A stretch of 64,000 bases of DNA, taken from the NCBI GenBank assembly GCA_045630455.1, contig JAZQTD010000030.1:127243-191242 (forward strand). The letters run 5' to 3'. Position numbers and translations under genes: made by a program. This DNA comes from Candidatus Enterousia sp. (GTDB lineage: Bacteria; Pseudomonadota; Alphaproteobacteria; Rs-D84). The notes beneath the pieces were generated by a model that made no database searches, was not told the origin of the DNA, and saw only the letters and a program-made list of their open reading frames with translations. Shown here piece after piece: positions 18,367 through 28,392 of this stretch; position 1 is the stretch's first letter; every line of letters starts with the position of its first letter.

Positions 18367-20979
18367 ATGTTAAAAAATGTAATTGGTAAATTGTTGGGTT
18401 CTGCAAATGACAGAATCATCAAAAACTATGATAAAACTGTATCTTTAATCAATGATTTAGAGCCAAAATATCACGCAATGAGTGATGATGAATTACGCGC
18501 ACAAACGGTTGCGTTGCGTGAACGTCTGGCAAATGGCGAAAAAGAAAAAGATATTTTGCCTGATGCGTTTGCTCTGGTACGAGAAGCATCAATTCGCACA
18601 ATCGGTCTGCGCCACTTTAATGTTCAGATGATTGGCGGTATGGTTTTGACCAATGGGCAAATTGCAGAAATGAAAACTGGCGAAGGTAAAACGCTGGTTG
18701 CAACATTGGCTATGTTCTTGAAAGCCCTGCACGGCAAAGGCGCGCATTTGATTACTGTTAATGACTATCTGGCATCGCGTGACGCTGACTGGATGGGACA
18801 GATTTATCGTTTCTTGGGGCTGTCGGTTGGTACAATCCAGCACGATATGACTGATGAAGAAAGACGTGCTGCGTATAATTGTGATATAACGTATGTGACT
18901 AATTCCGAATTGGGATTTGATTATCTGCGCGATAATATGAAGTTTTCAAAAGCACAACAAGTTTTGCGTCCGTTCTTTTACGCAATTGTTGACGAAGTGG
19001 ACAGTATTTTAATTGACGAAGCACGTACCCCACTGATTATTTCTGGGCCAGCCGAAGATACCAGTGAATTGTATGCGCACGTTGATGATGTTGTTGTTAA
19101 ACTGACAGAATCTGATTTTATCAAAGACGAAAAGGACAGACACGTTACACTGACTGAAAGTGGTGTTGACACTGCAACACGTTTGTTAAAAGAATCTGGA
19201 TTGCTGGTTGGCGATAATTTGTATGCATCTGAAAATGCAGCATTGGTTATGCATATTCAACAGTCTTTGTTGGCGCATCATTTGTATCAGAAAAATGTTA
19301 ACTATGTTGTGCGTGGTGGCGAAATCTTAATCGTTGATGAATTTACAGGTCGTGTTATGACTGGTCGCCGCTTTGGCAAGGGTTTGCATCAAGCAATCGA
19401 AGCCAAAGAACACGTTGCAGTTCAGCCCGAAAATCAAACTGTGTCCAGTATTTCATACCAGAATCTGTTCCGCTTGTATCCAACATTGTCTGGTATGACG
19501 GGTACTGCAATGACCGAAGCCGCAGAATTTGAAGAAATTTATAAGTTGCGCGTGGTTTCTATTCCAACAAATCGTCCAGTCGCACGTGTTGATCATCACG
19601 ATGAAATATATCGTAACAAAGATGAAAAAAATGATGCGATTATCAAACAAATTGAAGACTGTATGAAGCGCAAACAGCCTGTGTTGGTTGGTACTGTTTC
19701 AATTGAAAAGTCCGAAGAATTGGCGCAAATCGTTCGCAAAAAACTGGGGATTGAACCGGCGGTTTTGAATGCTAAACATCACGAATCTGAGGCAAAAATT
19801 GTTGCCCAAGCAGGTGCGCCAGGGGCGGTCACAATCGCAACAAATATGGCGGGTCGTGGTACTGACATTAAACTGGGTGGTAATGCCGAAGAACTGATTG
19901 CGAATTTGGATGCAGATGCCCCAGACTTTGAAGAAAAAAAGAAAGAAATTTATGCTACAATCGAAGCGAACAAGAAACAGGTTTTGGATGCGGGTGGCTT
20001 GTATGTTATCGGTACTGAACGTCACGAGTCGCGCCGTATTGATAACCAGTTGCGCGGTCGTTCAGGCCGTCAAGGCGACCCAGGCGATTCCAAATTCTTT
20101 TTGGCGTTGGATGACGATTTAATGCGTATCTTTGGCGCAGCGCGTTTACAGGGAATGTTAACTACGTTGGGCTTGAAAACAGGCGAAGCAATCACACATC
20201 CGTGGATTACAAAAGCGTTGGAAAAGGCTCAAAAACGCGTAGAAGCACGCTATTTCGAAGCTCGTAAAGAATTGCTGAAATACGATGACGTTGCAAACGA
20301 ACAGCGTACGGTTATTTACAAGCAACGCGACGACTTGATGGTGTCCGAAGACTTGTCGCCTTTGGCACACGAAATGATTGGCGATGTTGTTGAAATGATT
20401 TGCGAAAATAATATCCCAGAAAAAGCACACCAGATGGACTGGAATCTACAAGGGATTCACGATGCAATGTTGCGTGTGTTTGCGTTGGATATTACTGATA
20501 TTGAAAAATGGAAAACGGATGAAAATATTACTGAACGTAAAGCGTATGAAATACTTGTAAATTTGGCTGCGCGCCGTTATGAGCATCAGGCGACAAAGTA
20601 CGGTCCAGAATTAATGCAGATGGCATCACGTCAGATGATGTTGGGTGCATTGGATGCAGTGTGGAAAAAACATTTGCAACAGATGGACTATCTGCAAAGC
20701 GCAATTGGTTTGCGTGGTTATGCCCAGAAAAATCCGCTTTATGAATATAAAAACGAGGCATTGGATTTGTTCAAAAACACTGTGAATAATTTCAAAATCA
20801 TGTCTATATCTTATATCTGTCGTATGGAATTAACACGCGAAGATGTAAATGCCACAGAAAAACAACGCGCCGAACGTGATGCAGCGTTAAATCAGGCAAC
20901 CGGTGACAGTCGCCGTAACGCCCCGTGTCCGTGCGGTTCGGGTAAAAAATACAAGCATTGTTGTGGTAAATTAAACTAA
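18367..20979 (+). CDS. secA: Preprotein translocase ATPase SecA.
   Basis: 870 aa. DEAD-like motor domains, and a C-terminal zinc-binding tail CPCGSGKKYKHCCG. Confidence 0.95.
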   Translation: MLKNVIGKLLGSANDRIIKNYDKTVSLINDLEPKYHAMSDDELRAQTVALRERLANGEKEKDILPDAFALVREASIRTIGLRHFNVQMIGGMVLTNGQIAEMKTGEGKTLVATLAMFLKALHGKGAHLITVNDYLASRDADWMGQIYRFLGLSVGTIQHDMTDEERRAAYNCDITYVTNSELGFDYLRDNMKFSKAQQVLRPFFYAIVDEVDSILIDEARTPLIISGPAEDTSELYAHVDDVVVKLTESDFIKDEKDRHVTLTESGVDTATRLLKESGLLVGDNLYASENAALVMHIQQSLLAHHLYQKNVNYVVRGGEILIVDEFTGRVMTGRRFGKGLHQAIEAKEHVAVQPENQTVSSISYQNLFRLYPTLSGMTGTAMTEAAEFEEIYKLRVVSIPTNRPVARVDHHDEIYRNKDEKNDAIIKQIEDCMKRKQPVLVGTVSIEKSEELAQIVRKKLGIEPAVLNAKHHESEAKIVAQAGAPGAVTIATNMAGRGTDIKLGGNAEELIANLDADAPDFEEKKKEIYATIEANKKQVLDAGGLYVIGTERHESRRIDNQLRGRSGRQGDPGDSKFFLALDDDLMRIFGAARLQGMLTTLGLKTGEAITHPWITKALEKAQKRVEARYFEARKELLKYDDVANEQRTVIYKQRDDLMVSEDLSPLAHEMIGDVVEMICENNIPEKAHQMDWNLQGIHDAMLRVFALDITDIEKWKTDENITERKAYEILVNLAARRYEHQATKYGPELMQMASRQMMLGALDAVWKKHLQQMDYLQSAIGLRGYAQKNPLYEYKNEALDLFKNTVNNFKIMSISYICRMELTREDVNATEKQRAERDAALNQATGDSRRNAPCPCGSGKKYKHCCGKLN

Positions 20980-20984
20980 ATAAA

Positions 20985-21012
20985 ATTCCCCGATTTGGGG
21001 AATTTTTTGTTA
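20985..21012 (+). terminator. Intrinsic terminator after secA.
   Basis: TTCCCCGATTTGGGGAA hairpin plus a T-run. Confidence 0.5.
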
Positions 21013-21082
21013 TGTAAAAAATTTTATATTTTTGGCAAATATATGGTTGCCCCGCCCTGTGATTTTTTGCTATTGTGAGGGC

Positions 21083-24000
21083 ATGGAAAAACAATTCATT
21101 CATCTTAGAAATCATTCGCGGTTTTCTGTTGGGGCCAGCACCCTGAAAATCAAAGATTTTCCTAAACTTTGTGTTGCGGCGGGAATGTCTGCGTGCGCAT
21201 TAACAGATACGAATTTAATGTCAGGATGTGCTGAGTTTTCAGATGTGATGCCTAAGAATAAAGTGCAACCGATTATCGGTATTGAAATATCACTGAATCA
21301 TCACAGTGCAGACCCGAAAATTTTACGTTCAACATCACTGTCAAAAATTGTTTTGTTGGCGCAAAATCACACAGGGTATTTGAATCTGTGCGAATTAAAT
21401 CGAATTATGTATATGCGCGCTGAAAATCATCATCTGGGACCGTATATCTCGATGGATGAACTGCAATCACACAGCGATGGATTGATATGTTTGTCTGGGG
21501 CGCATTTGGGGCCGATTGGTATGGCGGTATTAAATAACCAAGATGCCCAGGCAAAAATATATGCCAAACAACTTTTGGAAATTTTTGGCAATCGGTTCTA
21601 TATGGAAGTCCAGCGACATGGTCTGGAAAATGAAATTAAAACAGAACCGACTTTTTTGAAAATTGCTCACGAATTAAATATCCCAATCGTTGCAACAAAT
21701 GATGTTTGTTTTGCATCTGATACTGATTACGAGCCAGCGGATGCATTGGGTTGTGTATTGGGTCAGACCAAGGTTATTGATCCAGAACGATCGCGCAAAT
21801 CTTCGGAACAGTATTTCAAATCAACAGAACAAATGTGGGAAATCTTTTCCGATTTGCCAGAGGCGTGCGAGAATACATATAAAATCGCACAGCGTTGCGG
21901 GTTTATGGTAAATGTTCATGAAAAGCCGCTGTTGCCACGTTTCGGTGATGACTTGGAAACAGAATGTCAAATGCTGCGTGACAATACGATGAATGGTTTG
22001 AAACGCCGTTTGGAACAGCACGGAATTACAGACACTGCGCCATATTATGAACAGGCTGAATTTGAATTAGGCGTTATTATTGGTATGGGATTCCCTGGCT
22101 ATTTCTTAATCGTTGCGGACTATATTGATTGGTGTAGAAACAATGATGTTTTGACGGGGCCTGGGCGTGGTTCGGGTGCCGGCTCTATTGTGGCGTGGGC
22201 GTTGGGGATTACCAATGTTGACCCGTTAAAATATGGTTTGCTGTTTGAACGTTTCTTGAATCCAGATCGTATTTCAATGCCGGACTTTGACGTTGACTTT
22301 GAGCCAACCGGTATCGAACGTGTGTTGGCGTATGTTTGCGATAAGTATGGGCACGATTCCGTATGTCGTATTATCACGTTTGGTTCGCTTCAGGCACGTG
22401 GTGCAATTCGTGATATTGGTCGTGTGTATGGGTTGCCCTATTCCAAGTCAGACAGACTTTCTAAACTGATACCACAAGATGCAAAAACACTAAAAGACGC
22501 GGTCAGTGTTTCGACTGAGATTCAAGACATATTGAATCAAGACGAAGATATGAACAAGGTTGTGACAGTTGCCGAAGAATTAGAAGGCAGTTTGCGCAAC
22601 TTGGGTCAGCATGCATGCGGTGTTGTTATTGGCGACCGACCAACGACTAAGATTGCGCCGGTTTATCGTGATCCTGCTAACCCGCTGCCATCGTGTCAGT
22701 ATGACGGAAAGTATTTGGAAAAATCTGGGTTGATTAAGTTCGACTTTTTGGGATTGGAAACGCTGGTTGTGTTAAAGTATGCAACGCGTTTAATTCAACA
22801 GACACGTGGCATTAATATCGATTTAGACCAGATTCCAACAGATGATGAAAAAACTATGCGTTTGTGGCAACAGGGTTTAACCGAAGGTATATTCCAATTC
22901 GATGCTCCGTTTGTTCAGCAGACTTTGCGCAAAATGCACCCGACCAGTTTCTTGGAAATATCTGCATTGAATGCGTTGAACCGTCCGGGGCCAATCGCGT
23001 TTATTCCCCAATTTATCGCACGTATGCATGGTGAAGAAAAAATTGAATACGTTCACCCCAAGGCAGAACCAATTCTAAAAGAAACGTATGGTATTATTGT
23101 TTATCAAGAACAGGTTATGCAATTAACGCGTGCGTTGGCGGGCTTTACACGTGGTCAATCTGATAATGTGCGTAAAGCGATGGGTAAAAAACTGATTGAA
23201 ATGCTGAACGAACTGGAAGGCAAGTTCTATGAAGGTTGTGAAAAAGAAGGCACTCTGGATCGTGCAACTGCAAAAGACCTGTGGGAAAAGTTCAAAGAAT
23301 TTGCAAAGTATGCGTTTAATAAATCTCATGCGATTGCCTATTCCATTGTTGCGAACCAGTGCGCGTATTTAAAAGCGAATTATACGCCCGAATTTTTAGC
23401 CGCATCTATGTCCAGTAATTTGAATGATACAGATCAACTGGCAATATTTGTTGATGATGCGAAAACTAATTTCAATATTCAAATTGTGCCACCAGATATT
23501 AATCAAAGTGAATCTTTGTTCACGGTGCGCGATGGTAAAATCGTCTATGGGTTGGCGGCGATTAAGGGTGTTGGAACGGCCGCGACTGATTTAATTGTTG
23601 CGGAACGTAATGCAAATGGGAAGTTCAAGAATCTGACCGATTTTGCAAAGCGTTGCGCACATATTATGAATAAACGAATTTTAGAAGCGTTTGCTAAGGT
23701 TGGCGTTCTGGATTCGCTTGAACCAAATCGCGCGGCAATATTTATGAATGCAGATGCGATATTGTTGTATGCAGCAAAATCTAAAGAAAGCGCAAGTGCG
23801 TTGTCGCTGTTTGCGAATACGGTCGAAGATGACGTTGCAGAAGATAGGTTGCATAAAAATCTGCCAAAAACTACGCCATGGACATTTAATCAGAAACTGG
23901 AAAACGAATTGTCTGCATTAGGATTTTATATCTCTGCCCACCCATTAGATCAGTACAAGGGGCTGATTGCACGATCCGGATTGGCAACCAGCGCAACTTT

Positions 24001-24493
24001 GGAATCTTTGGGGGATCGCAAGGCGGTTCAGATTGCCGCAACGGTTAATTCATTCAGTCGCCGCCGCACCAAGACGGGCAAAGAAATGATAACTATTAAT
24101 GCATCCGACAGTTATGGTAACATTGATGCGGTTTCATTCGGGGATTCTGCAATTGAATTCGCCCAGATTTTAAGCACAGAAACAGTTGTTGTTTTGGTGG
24201 GCAAGACGTCTGCACGTGATGATCGGGTTTCTATATTCGTAGATTCTATTATCCCATTGTCGCAATGGGTGGCGCGTATTGCACGTAAAATAACATTGGA
24301 CATTTGGGATGCGGGTGCATTGGCAGACGTTAAAAAAGCGATTGTTGCGTTGGCACCTGGACATACGCGTGTGGAGCTGAATTTGCACGGTGCAGACAAG
24401 GTCGCAACGATGATGTTGCCGGGGGGTGTGGAATTAGGAGCAACAACGGCGGCGGACATTGCGGCCCTGGGGGTCAAGGTAGAGGTGGAATAA
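21083..24493 (+). CDS. dnaE: DNA polymerase III alpha subunit.
   Basis: PHP domain start FIHLRNHS, polymerase core, and an OB domain. Start set at MEKQ; the ORF track begins 17 codons upstream. Confidence 0.9.
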   Translation: MEKQFIHLRNHSRFSVGASTLKIKDFPKLCVAAGMSACALTDTNLMSGCAEFSDVMPKNKVQPIIGIEISLNHHSADPKILRSTSLSKIVLLAQNHTGYLNLCELNRIMYMRAENHHLGPYISMDELQSHSDGLICLSGAHLGPIGMAVLNNQDAQAKIYAKQLLEIFGNRFYMEVQRHGLENEIKTEPTFLKIAHELNIPIVATNDVCFASDTDYEPADALGCVLGQTKVIDPERSRKSSEQYFKSTEQMWEIFSDLPEACENTYKIAQRCGFMVNVHEKPLLPRFGDDLETECQMLRDNTMNGLKRRLEQHGITDTAPYYEQAEFELGVIIGMGFPGYFLIVADYIDWCRNNDVLTGPGRGSGAGSIVAWALGITNVDPLKYGLLFERFLNPDRISMPDFDVDFEPTGIERVLAYVCDKYGHDSVCRIITFGSLQARGAIRDIGRVYGLPYSKSDRLSKLIPQDAKTLKDAVSVSTEIQDILNQDEDMNKVVTVAEELEGSLRNLGQHACGVVIGDRPTTKIAPVYRDPANPLPSCQYDGKYLEKSGLIKFDFLGLETLVVLKYATRLIQQTRGINIDLDQIPTDDEKTMRLWQQGLTEGIFQFDAPFVQQTLRKMHPTSFLEISALNALNRPGPIAFIPQFIARMHGEEKIEYVHPKAEPILKETYGIIVYQEQVMQLTRALAGFTRGQSDNVRKAMGKKLIEMLNELEGKFYEGCEKEGTLDRATAKDLWEKFKEFAKYAFNKSHAIAYSIVANQCAYLKANYTPEFLAASMSSNLNDTDQLAIFVDDAKTNFNIQIVPPDINQSESLFTVRDGKIVYGLAAIKGVGTAATDLIVAERNANGKFKNLTDFAKRCAHIMNKRILEAFAKVGVLDSLEPNRAAIFMNADAILLYAAKSKESASALSLFANTVEDDVAEDRLHKNLPKTTPWTFNQKLENELSALGFYISAHPLDQYKGLIARSGLATSATLESLGDRKAVQIAATVNSFSRRRTKTGKEMITINASDSYGNIDAVSFGDSAIEFAQILSTETVVVLVGKTSARDDRVSIFVDSIIPLSQWVARIARKITLDIWDAGALADVKKAIVALAPGHTRVELNLHGADKVATMMLPGGVELGATTAADIAALGVKVEVE

Positions 24494-24494
24494 C

Positions 24495-25412
24495 ATGAAA
24501 CATATACCTGTATTATTGAATGCGGTGCTGGATGCCTTGGGGGATATTCGAGGACTGCATATTGTGGACTGCACATTTGGTGCGGGTGGATATACGCGTG
24601 CATTTTTAGAGCGTGGAGCGCGTGTGACTGCGTTTGACCGCGATCCAAATGTCTTGGTTGATGTTGATGCGGTGCGTGCGGAATATGGCGACAGATTTAA
24701 CTTTATACCACGTGCGTTTTCGGCACTGAGGGAATTAGACGAGCGGTTTGATGCGATTGTGTTCGATCTGGGGATTTCGTCTATGCAGATAGACAATGGG
24801 GAACGTGGATTTTCTTTCCGTATGGATGCGCCATTGGATATGCGTATGGATAACAGAGAGAATGAGCAAAGAGCAAATAGCAAAGAGCAAATATTGACGG
24901 CTGCTCAATTGATAGAAAATTTGTCTGTTGTGGAACTGGCAACGATTTTACGCGACTATGGTGATGTGCGTAATGCGATGGGGGTTGCGCGGGCAATAAA
25001 AAATGCAGCACCCAAAACTACGTTTGAATTGCGTGATTTGATACATAATCCAAAGGATGTTGCACCGATATTTCAAGCGCTGCGCATTGCGGTTAATGAT
25101 GAGATGGGTGAAATCGAACTCGCTTTGGCGACTGTACCAGAACACTTAACCGATGGTGGCAAATGTATTTGTGTGACATTCCATTCAATCGAAGACCGAA
25201 TTGTAAAAAATACTTTTCGTGATTGGACAATTGCGCCCGGCGATCCAAGAATGCCAACGGTGGCGGCTGCGCCATTTGTATTAATAAAAACCGCCCTGCC
25301 CGATGAAGCGGAACTGGAAAATAATCCTCGCGCGCGGTCTGCGCATATGCGTGGTGTGATAAAAACAGCCCGAAAAGGGGGAATGGAATATGAAAAAGTC
25401 TGTAACAGATAA
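24495..25412 (+). CDS. rsmH: 16S rRNA m4C1402 methyltransferase RsmH (MraW).
   Basis: HIPVLL start, VDCTFGAGGY SAM-binding motif, FDLGISSMQ. Confidence 0.85.
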   Translation: MKHIPVLLNAVLDALGDIRGLHIVDCTFGAGGYTRAFLERGARVTAFDRDPNVLVDVDAVRAEYGDRFNFIPRAFSALRELDERFDAIVFDLGISSMQIDNGERGFSFRMDAPLDMRMDNRENEQRANSKEQILTAAQLIENLSVVELATILRDYGDVRNAMGVARAIKNAAPKTTFELRDLIHNPKDVAPIFQALRIAVNDEMGEIELALATVPEHLTDGGKCICVTFHSIEDRIVKNTFRDWTIAPGDPRMPTVAAAPFVLIKTALPDEAELENNPRARSAHMRGVIKTARKGGMEYEKVCNR

Positions 25413-25770
25413 AGTTATTCAGGCAGACAATGCCAAAAAGGTTAATCCGCGTGATTTATCAAGTGACCAAGATTTAACGATTGGTTTGATGAATTTGATT
25501 GCGATTGAAAATATTGTCTCAGGCAGTCAAATTGCTGAAATGGTCGCGAAGGTTCGTGAAAAGTTGATGTCACGGGTGGTTCTGGATATTAAGTTGATGA
25601 ACGAATCCTATAAAATGCTGGGGCGTGCGATGGCGTTGATTAATGATGGGATGCGCGCGTTACCAGATACCAGTCTGGCATATAAGCATTTTGATTCTGC
25701 GTACGTAATGTATTCTATGTTTTGGGGACTGAATATGGGATTTGTAAAAATTGAAGATATTTATAAATAA
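25390..25770 (+). CDS. Hypothetical protein (126 aa) overlapping the rsmH 3' end.
   Basis: ATG preceded by an AAGGGGGAA Shine-Dalgarno site; not a membrane protein, so unlikely to be ftsL. Confidence 0.4.
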   Translation: MKKSVTDKVIQADNAKKVNPRDLSSDQDLTIGLMNLIAIENIVSGSQIAEMVAKVREKLMSRVVLDIKLMNESYKMLGRAMALINDGMRALPDTSLAYKHFDSAYVMYSMFWGLNMGFVKIEDIYK

Positions 25771-25837
25771 GGTGTTGATTCAAATGTCAAAAAAATGTTA
25801 AAATATCTTTAAGAGAGAAGTGAAAGTGAAGAGTCCT

Positions 25838-28162
25838 ATGAATAAAATTTTCCGGTTTTCTGCGCTGATTGCGGCTGTTTTTGCCGCAAATTTGGCAAGT
25901 GCGATTGGTCCACAAAATTCACGTGCGACGACGGCGGGCAATGTCGCGCCGGCGCGTGCGGCGGGTCGTGAGGTACAACGTGTCGGAGAAGGCGCAAATG
26001 CACGTTCTATTGCTGCGCGTTCATCTACGGTTTCTCGTGCAGCAGCAACACCTGGCATCGCTTCGCGTGCAGATGTTGCAACCGCAGCACGAAATGCTCG
26101 TAATGCCAATACTATCTCGCGCAGTGCGGTTGCAGCGCGTAGTGCGCGAGTGGCTGCATCTCCTGTTCGTAGTGCAGTGAATACAAAACGTAGTAATGTG
26201 TCGCGTGCAGCACAGTCACGTGCGACAGCAATATTTGAAGACGTTTCTAAGATTGGTGGTGGTTATGCAAAATGTCGTGAAGCGTATGCGACATGTATGG
26301 ATCAATTTTGTGCCAAGGCAAGTGATACGTATCGCCGTTGTTTTTGCAGTGATCGTTTTACAGGTTTTCGTGAAACTGAGGACGCTCTTGATCAAGCGAA
26401 GATTTTGTTGCAACAATTTGAAGATAATAACTTGAATGCGGTTGATAAAACAGCAGCAGAAGTTAGTGCTATGTATTCTGCCACGGTTGGTGAGGCTGCT
26501 ATTAAAAATGATATCAGTGGTGCGGCATCTTTGTTGGCGGAAATTAGCGATTTGATGTCCGGCAAAAAGAAGGCGTTCAGTTCTTCATCATCTACATCGT
26601 TGGGGGTAATGTCATTGGATTTTTCGTCAGATATTGGTGATATTTGGGGTGGTTCTTCGTCTGTATCGTCGATATTCGGCGGAGGCAGTGGTGTAGACGT
26701 GACCAGTCTGGAAGGAGAAGCTTTGTTTAATCAGGTTCATAAACAGTGTTCAGCACTGGTGTCGGAAAACTGTCAAAGCAACGCGGTCGCGAATATGGCA
26801 AAAAGTGCGTACGGTATTATGATTACTCAAGATTGTAATGCTTATGAAAGAAGTATCGACACCAAGCGTCAACAAGTGCAAAATACAGTGCGTCAGGCAG
26901 AAAAAATTCTGCGAGAGGCACGTTTAGAGGAATATCGTGCTCATAATTCCCAAGATGTAAATGACTGTTTAGATAAGGTTCGTACGGCTATGTTGTCGGA
27001 TACTGCGTGTGGTGCGAATTATAAACGTTGTTTGGACTACACTGGTGCGTATATCAATCAGTCTACAGGAGAACCCATATATTCACAGCGTCTGTTTGAG
27101 TTGACTGATTTGATTTTGCTGGATGGTGCTAGTGGCGGTGGGGATGTTTTGACTAAAAACGAAAAGTTTAATCAGTTCCTTGAATCACGTAAAATGTTTG
27201 TGACGAGTGCTTTGGATTCTTGTCGTGATATTTCTGAATTGGTTTGGACGGAATTTAAGCGAGCAGCATTGATTGAAATCGCCCAGGCGCAAGATGAAAA
27301 AATAGAAAGTGTAAAGTCTTCTTGTTTGGAAGTTGTGCGTGAATGCTATGATACGCAGTCCGATGCATTGAAAAGTTTTGATGATACAACAGCAGATGCA
27401 GCTGGTGCGATGAGTGCGTATGTTGCACGTTCTATGTGTCAAGAGAAAGTCGTTGCCTGTGCATCGTTGTATGGTGAGACGGGTGATTGTAAGTTTGATG
27501 GTAATGGCAAATTATTAGATGGCGGTCGTTGTGGATTGTCCGCGTTGTTAGAATACGTAGATGCGGTTGATACTGTGAGAGCCGCAGAGGGATGTGAAGT
27601 TGCTTTAACAAATTATGTTACGGAAATGTGTACACCGACGACCGATTTTGGTGCATATCCACAGCCTTGTGCTACTTTGAGTCAGAAGGACTTGGAAGAA
27701 CAGATAAAAAAACGCGCATCGTTATATTGTATAGATGGTGCGGGTGTTAAATACGATAAGTATGAAGACGGAGCTCAAAATTTTAACGATACCGTTGTAG
27801 AAGATAAGATAACTTCTTTGATAAATCGTTTGATGTCTGATATTTCAAGTTATTTGAAGACGGAATGTGAGGCTGTGGGTGGTTTATGGTATGTAACACA
27901 ACCCGATGGTACGAATATATTAAGTGTTTTCTATCACAGTATTGCTGGGAAGATCGAAGATTTAAAAACTTACGGTGTTTGTGTGGAACAGACAGTCAAA
28001 CTGGCTTGCGAACGTCAAGATGAGTTAACTGGTAATAATGGATATGCAACATATAACTATGCTTTGGATACGTGTGAGCTTTCCGATGAATGGTATCAAT
28101 TCCAATGCACAGATGTGTTGGGTGGAACGTGGAGTAATGATGTATGTTCATGGGTGTATTAG
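25838..28162 (+). CDS. Secreted protein with an Ala/Arg/Ser low-complexity N-region and a large Cys-rich domain; unknown family.
   Basis: Signal peptide MNKIFRFSALIAAVFAANLASA. ARS-rich region around aa 30-140. More than 30 Cys, including CREAYATCMDQFC...CFC. The motif is shared with the ORF at 39123..40364. Confidence 0.6.
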   Translation: MNKIFRFSALIAAVFAANLASAIGPQNSRATTAGNVAPARAAGREVQRVGEGANARSIAARSSTVSRAAATPGIASRADVATAARNARNANTISRSAVAARSARVAASPVRSAVNTKRSNVSRAAQSRATAIFEDVSKIGGGYAKCREAYATCMDQFCAKASDTYRRCFCSDRFTGFRETEDALDQAKILLQQFEDNNLNAVDKTAAEVSAMYSATVGEAAIKNDISGAASLLAEISDLMSGKKKAFSSSSSTSLGVMSLDFSSDIGDIWGGSSSVSSIFGGGSGVDVTSLEGEALFNQVHKQCSALVSENCQSNAVANMAKSAYGIMITQDCNAYERSIDTKRQQVQNTVRQAEKILREARLEEYRAHNSQDVNDCLDKVRTAMLSDTACGANYKRCLDYTGAYINQSTGEPIYSQRLFELTDLILLDGASGGGDVLTKNEKFNQFLESRKMFVTSALDSCRDISELVWTEFKRAALIEIAQAQDEKIESVKSSCLEVVRECYDTQSDALKSFDDTTADAAGAMSAYVARSMCQEKVVACASLYGETGDCKFDGNGKLLDGGRCGLSALLEYVDAVDTVRAAEGCEVALTNYVTEMCTPTTDFGAYPQPCATLSQKDLEEQIKKRASLYCIDGAGVKYDKYEDGAQNFNDTVVEDKITSLINRLMSDISSYLKTECEAVGGLWYVTQPDGTNILSVFYHSIAGKIEDLKTYGVCVEQTVKLACERQDELTGNNGYATYNYALDTCELSDEWYQFQCTDVLGGTWSNDVCSWVY

Positions 28163-28180
28163 GAGAATGGTATTGTATAA

Positions 28181-28218
28181 AACCAAGGGGCACATCATAA
28201 AGTTGTGCCCCTTTTTGT
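28181..28218 (+). terminator. Intrinsic terminator after the Cys-rich protein gene.
   Basis: AAGGGGCACATCATAAAGTTGTGCCCCTTTTTG. Confidence 0.55.
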
Positions 28219-28244
28219 ATTAAAAATTTGATTGTATTTTTCTC

Positions 28245-28272
28245 TTGCGTGTTTTTTTAAATAATATATAAT
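28245..28272 (+). promoter_or_regulatory. Sigma70-type promoter for tRNA-Met.
   Basis: TTGCGT, 16-nt spacer, TATAAT, about 9 nt before the tRNA 5' end. Confidence 0.45.
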
Positions 28273-28281
28273 AGTCGGCGT

Positions 28282-28357
28282 GGGTTAGTAGCTCAGTGGT
28301 TAGAGCGGAGCGCTCATAACGCTTTGGTCGTGGGTCCAAGTCCTACCTAACCCACCA
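28282..28357 (+). tRNA. tRNA-Met (anticodon CAT), elongator type or possibly the lysidine-modified tRNA-Ile2; CCA is encoded.
   Basis: Cloverleaf with acceptor GGGUUAG/CUAACCC, anticodon loop CUCAUAA, and a G1-C72 pair, which rules out an initiator tRNA. Confidence 0.9.
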
Positions 28358-28367
28358 AGTAAATAAA

Positions 28368-28392
28368 AAAACCGGCGAAGCCGGGTTTTTTT
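28368..28392. terminator. Bidirectional terminator serving tRNA-Met and the convergent regulator gene.
   Basis: ACCGGCGAAGCCGGGT hairpin with flanking A/T runs. Confidence 0.6.

Noticed and set aside
25798-26109. A 103-aa minus-strand ORF, and 25869..26180 on the plus strand, overlapping the 5' part of the Cys-rich protein gene.
   Set aside because: It lies antisense or out of frame within the GC-rich Ala/Arg/Ser low-complexity coding region. Such regions produce long spurious ORFs. There is no start context and no motif.
28282-28357. Calling the CAT-anticodon tRNA an initiator tRNA-fMet.
   Set aside because: Positions 1:72 form a G-C pair, and the anticodon stem lacks the three consecutive G-C pairs. 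It is an elongator Met or Ile2 type.
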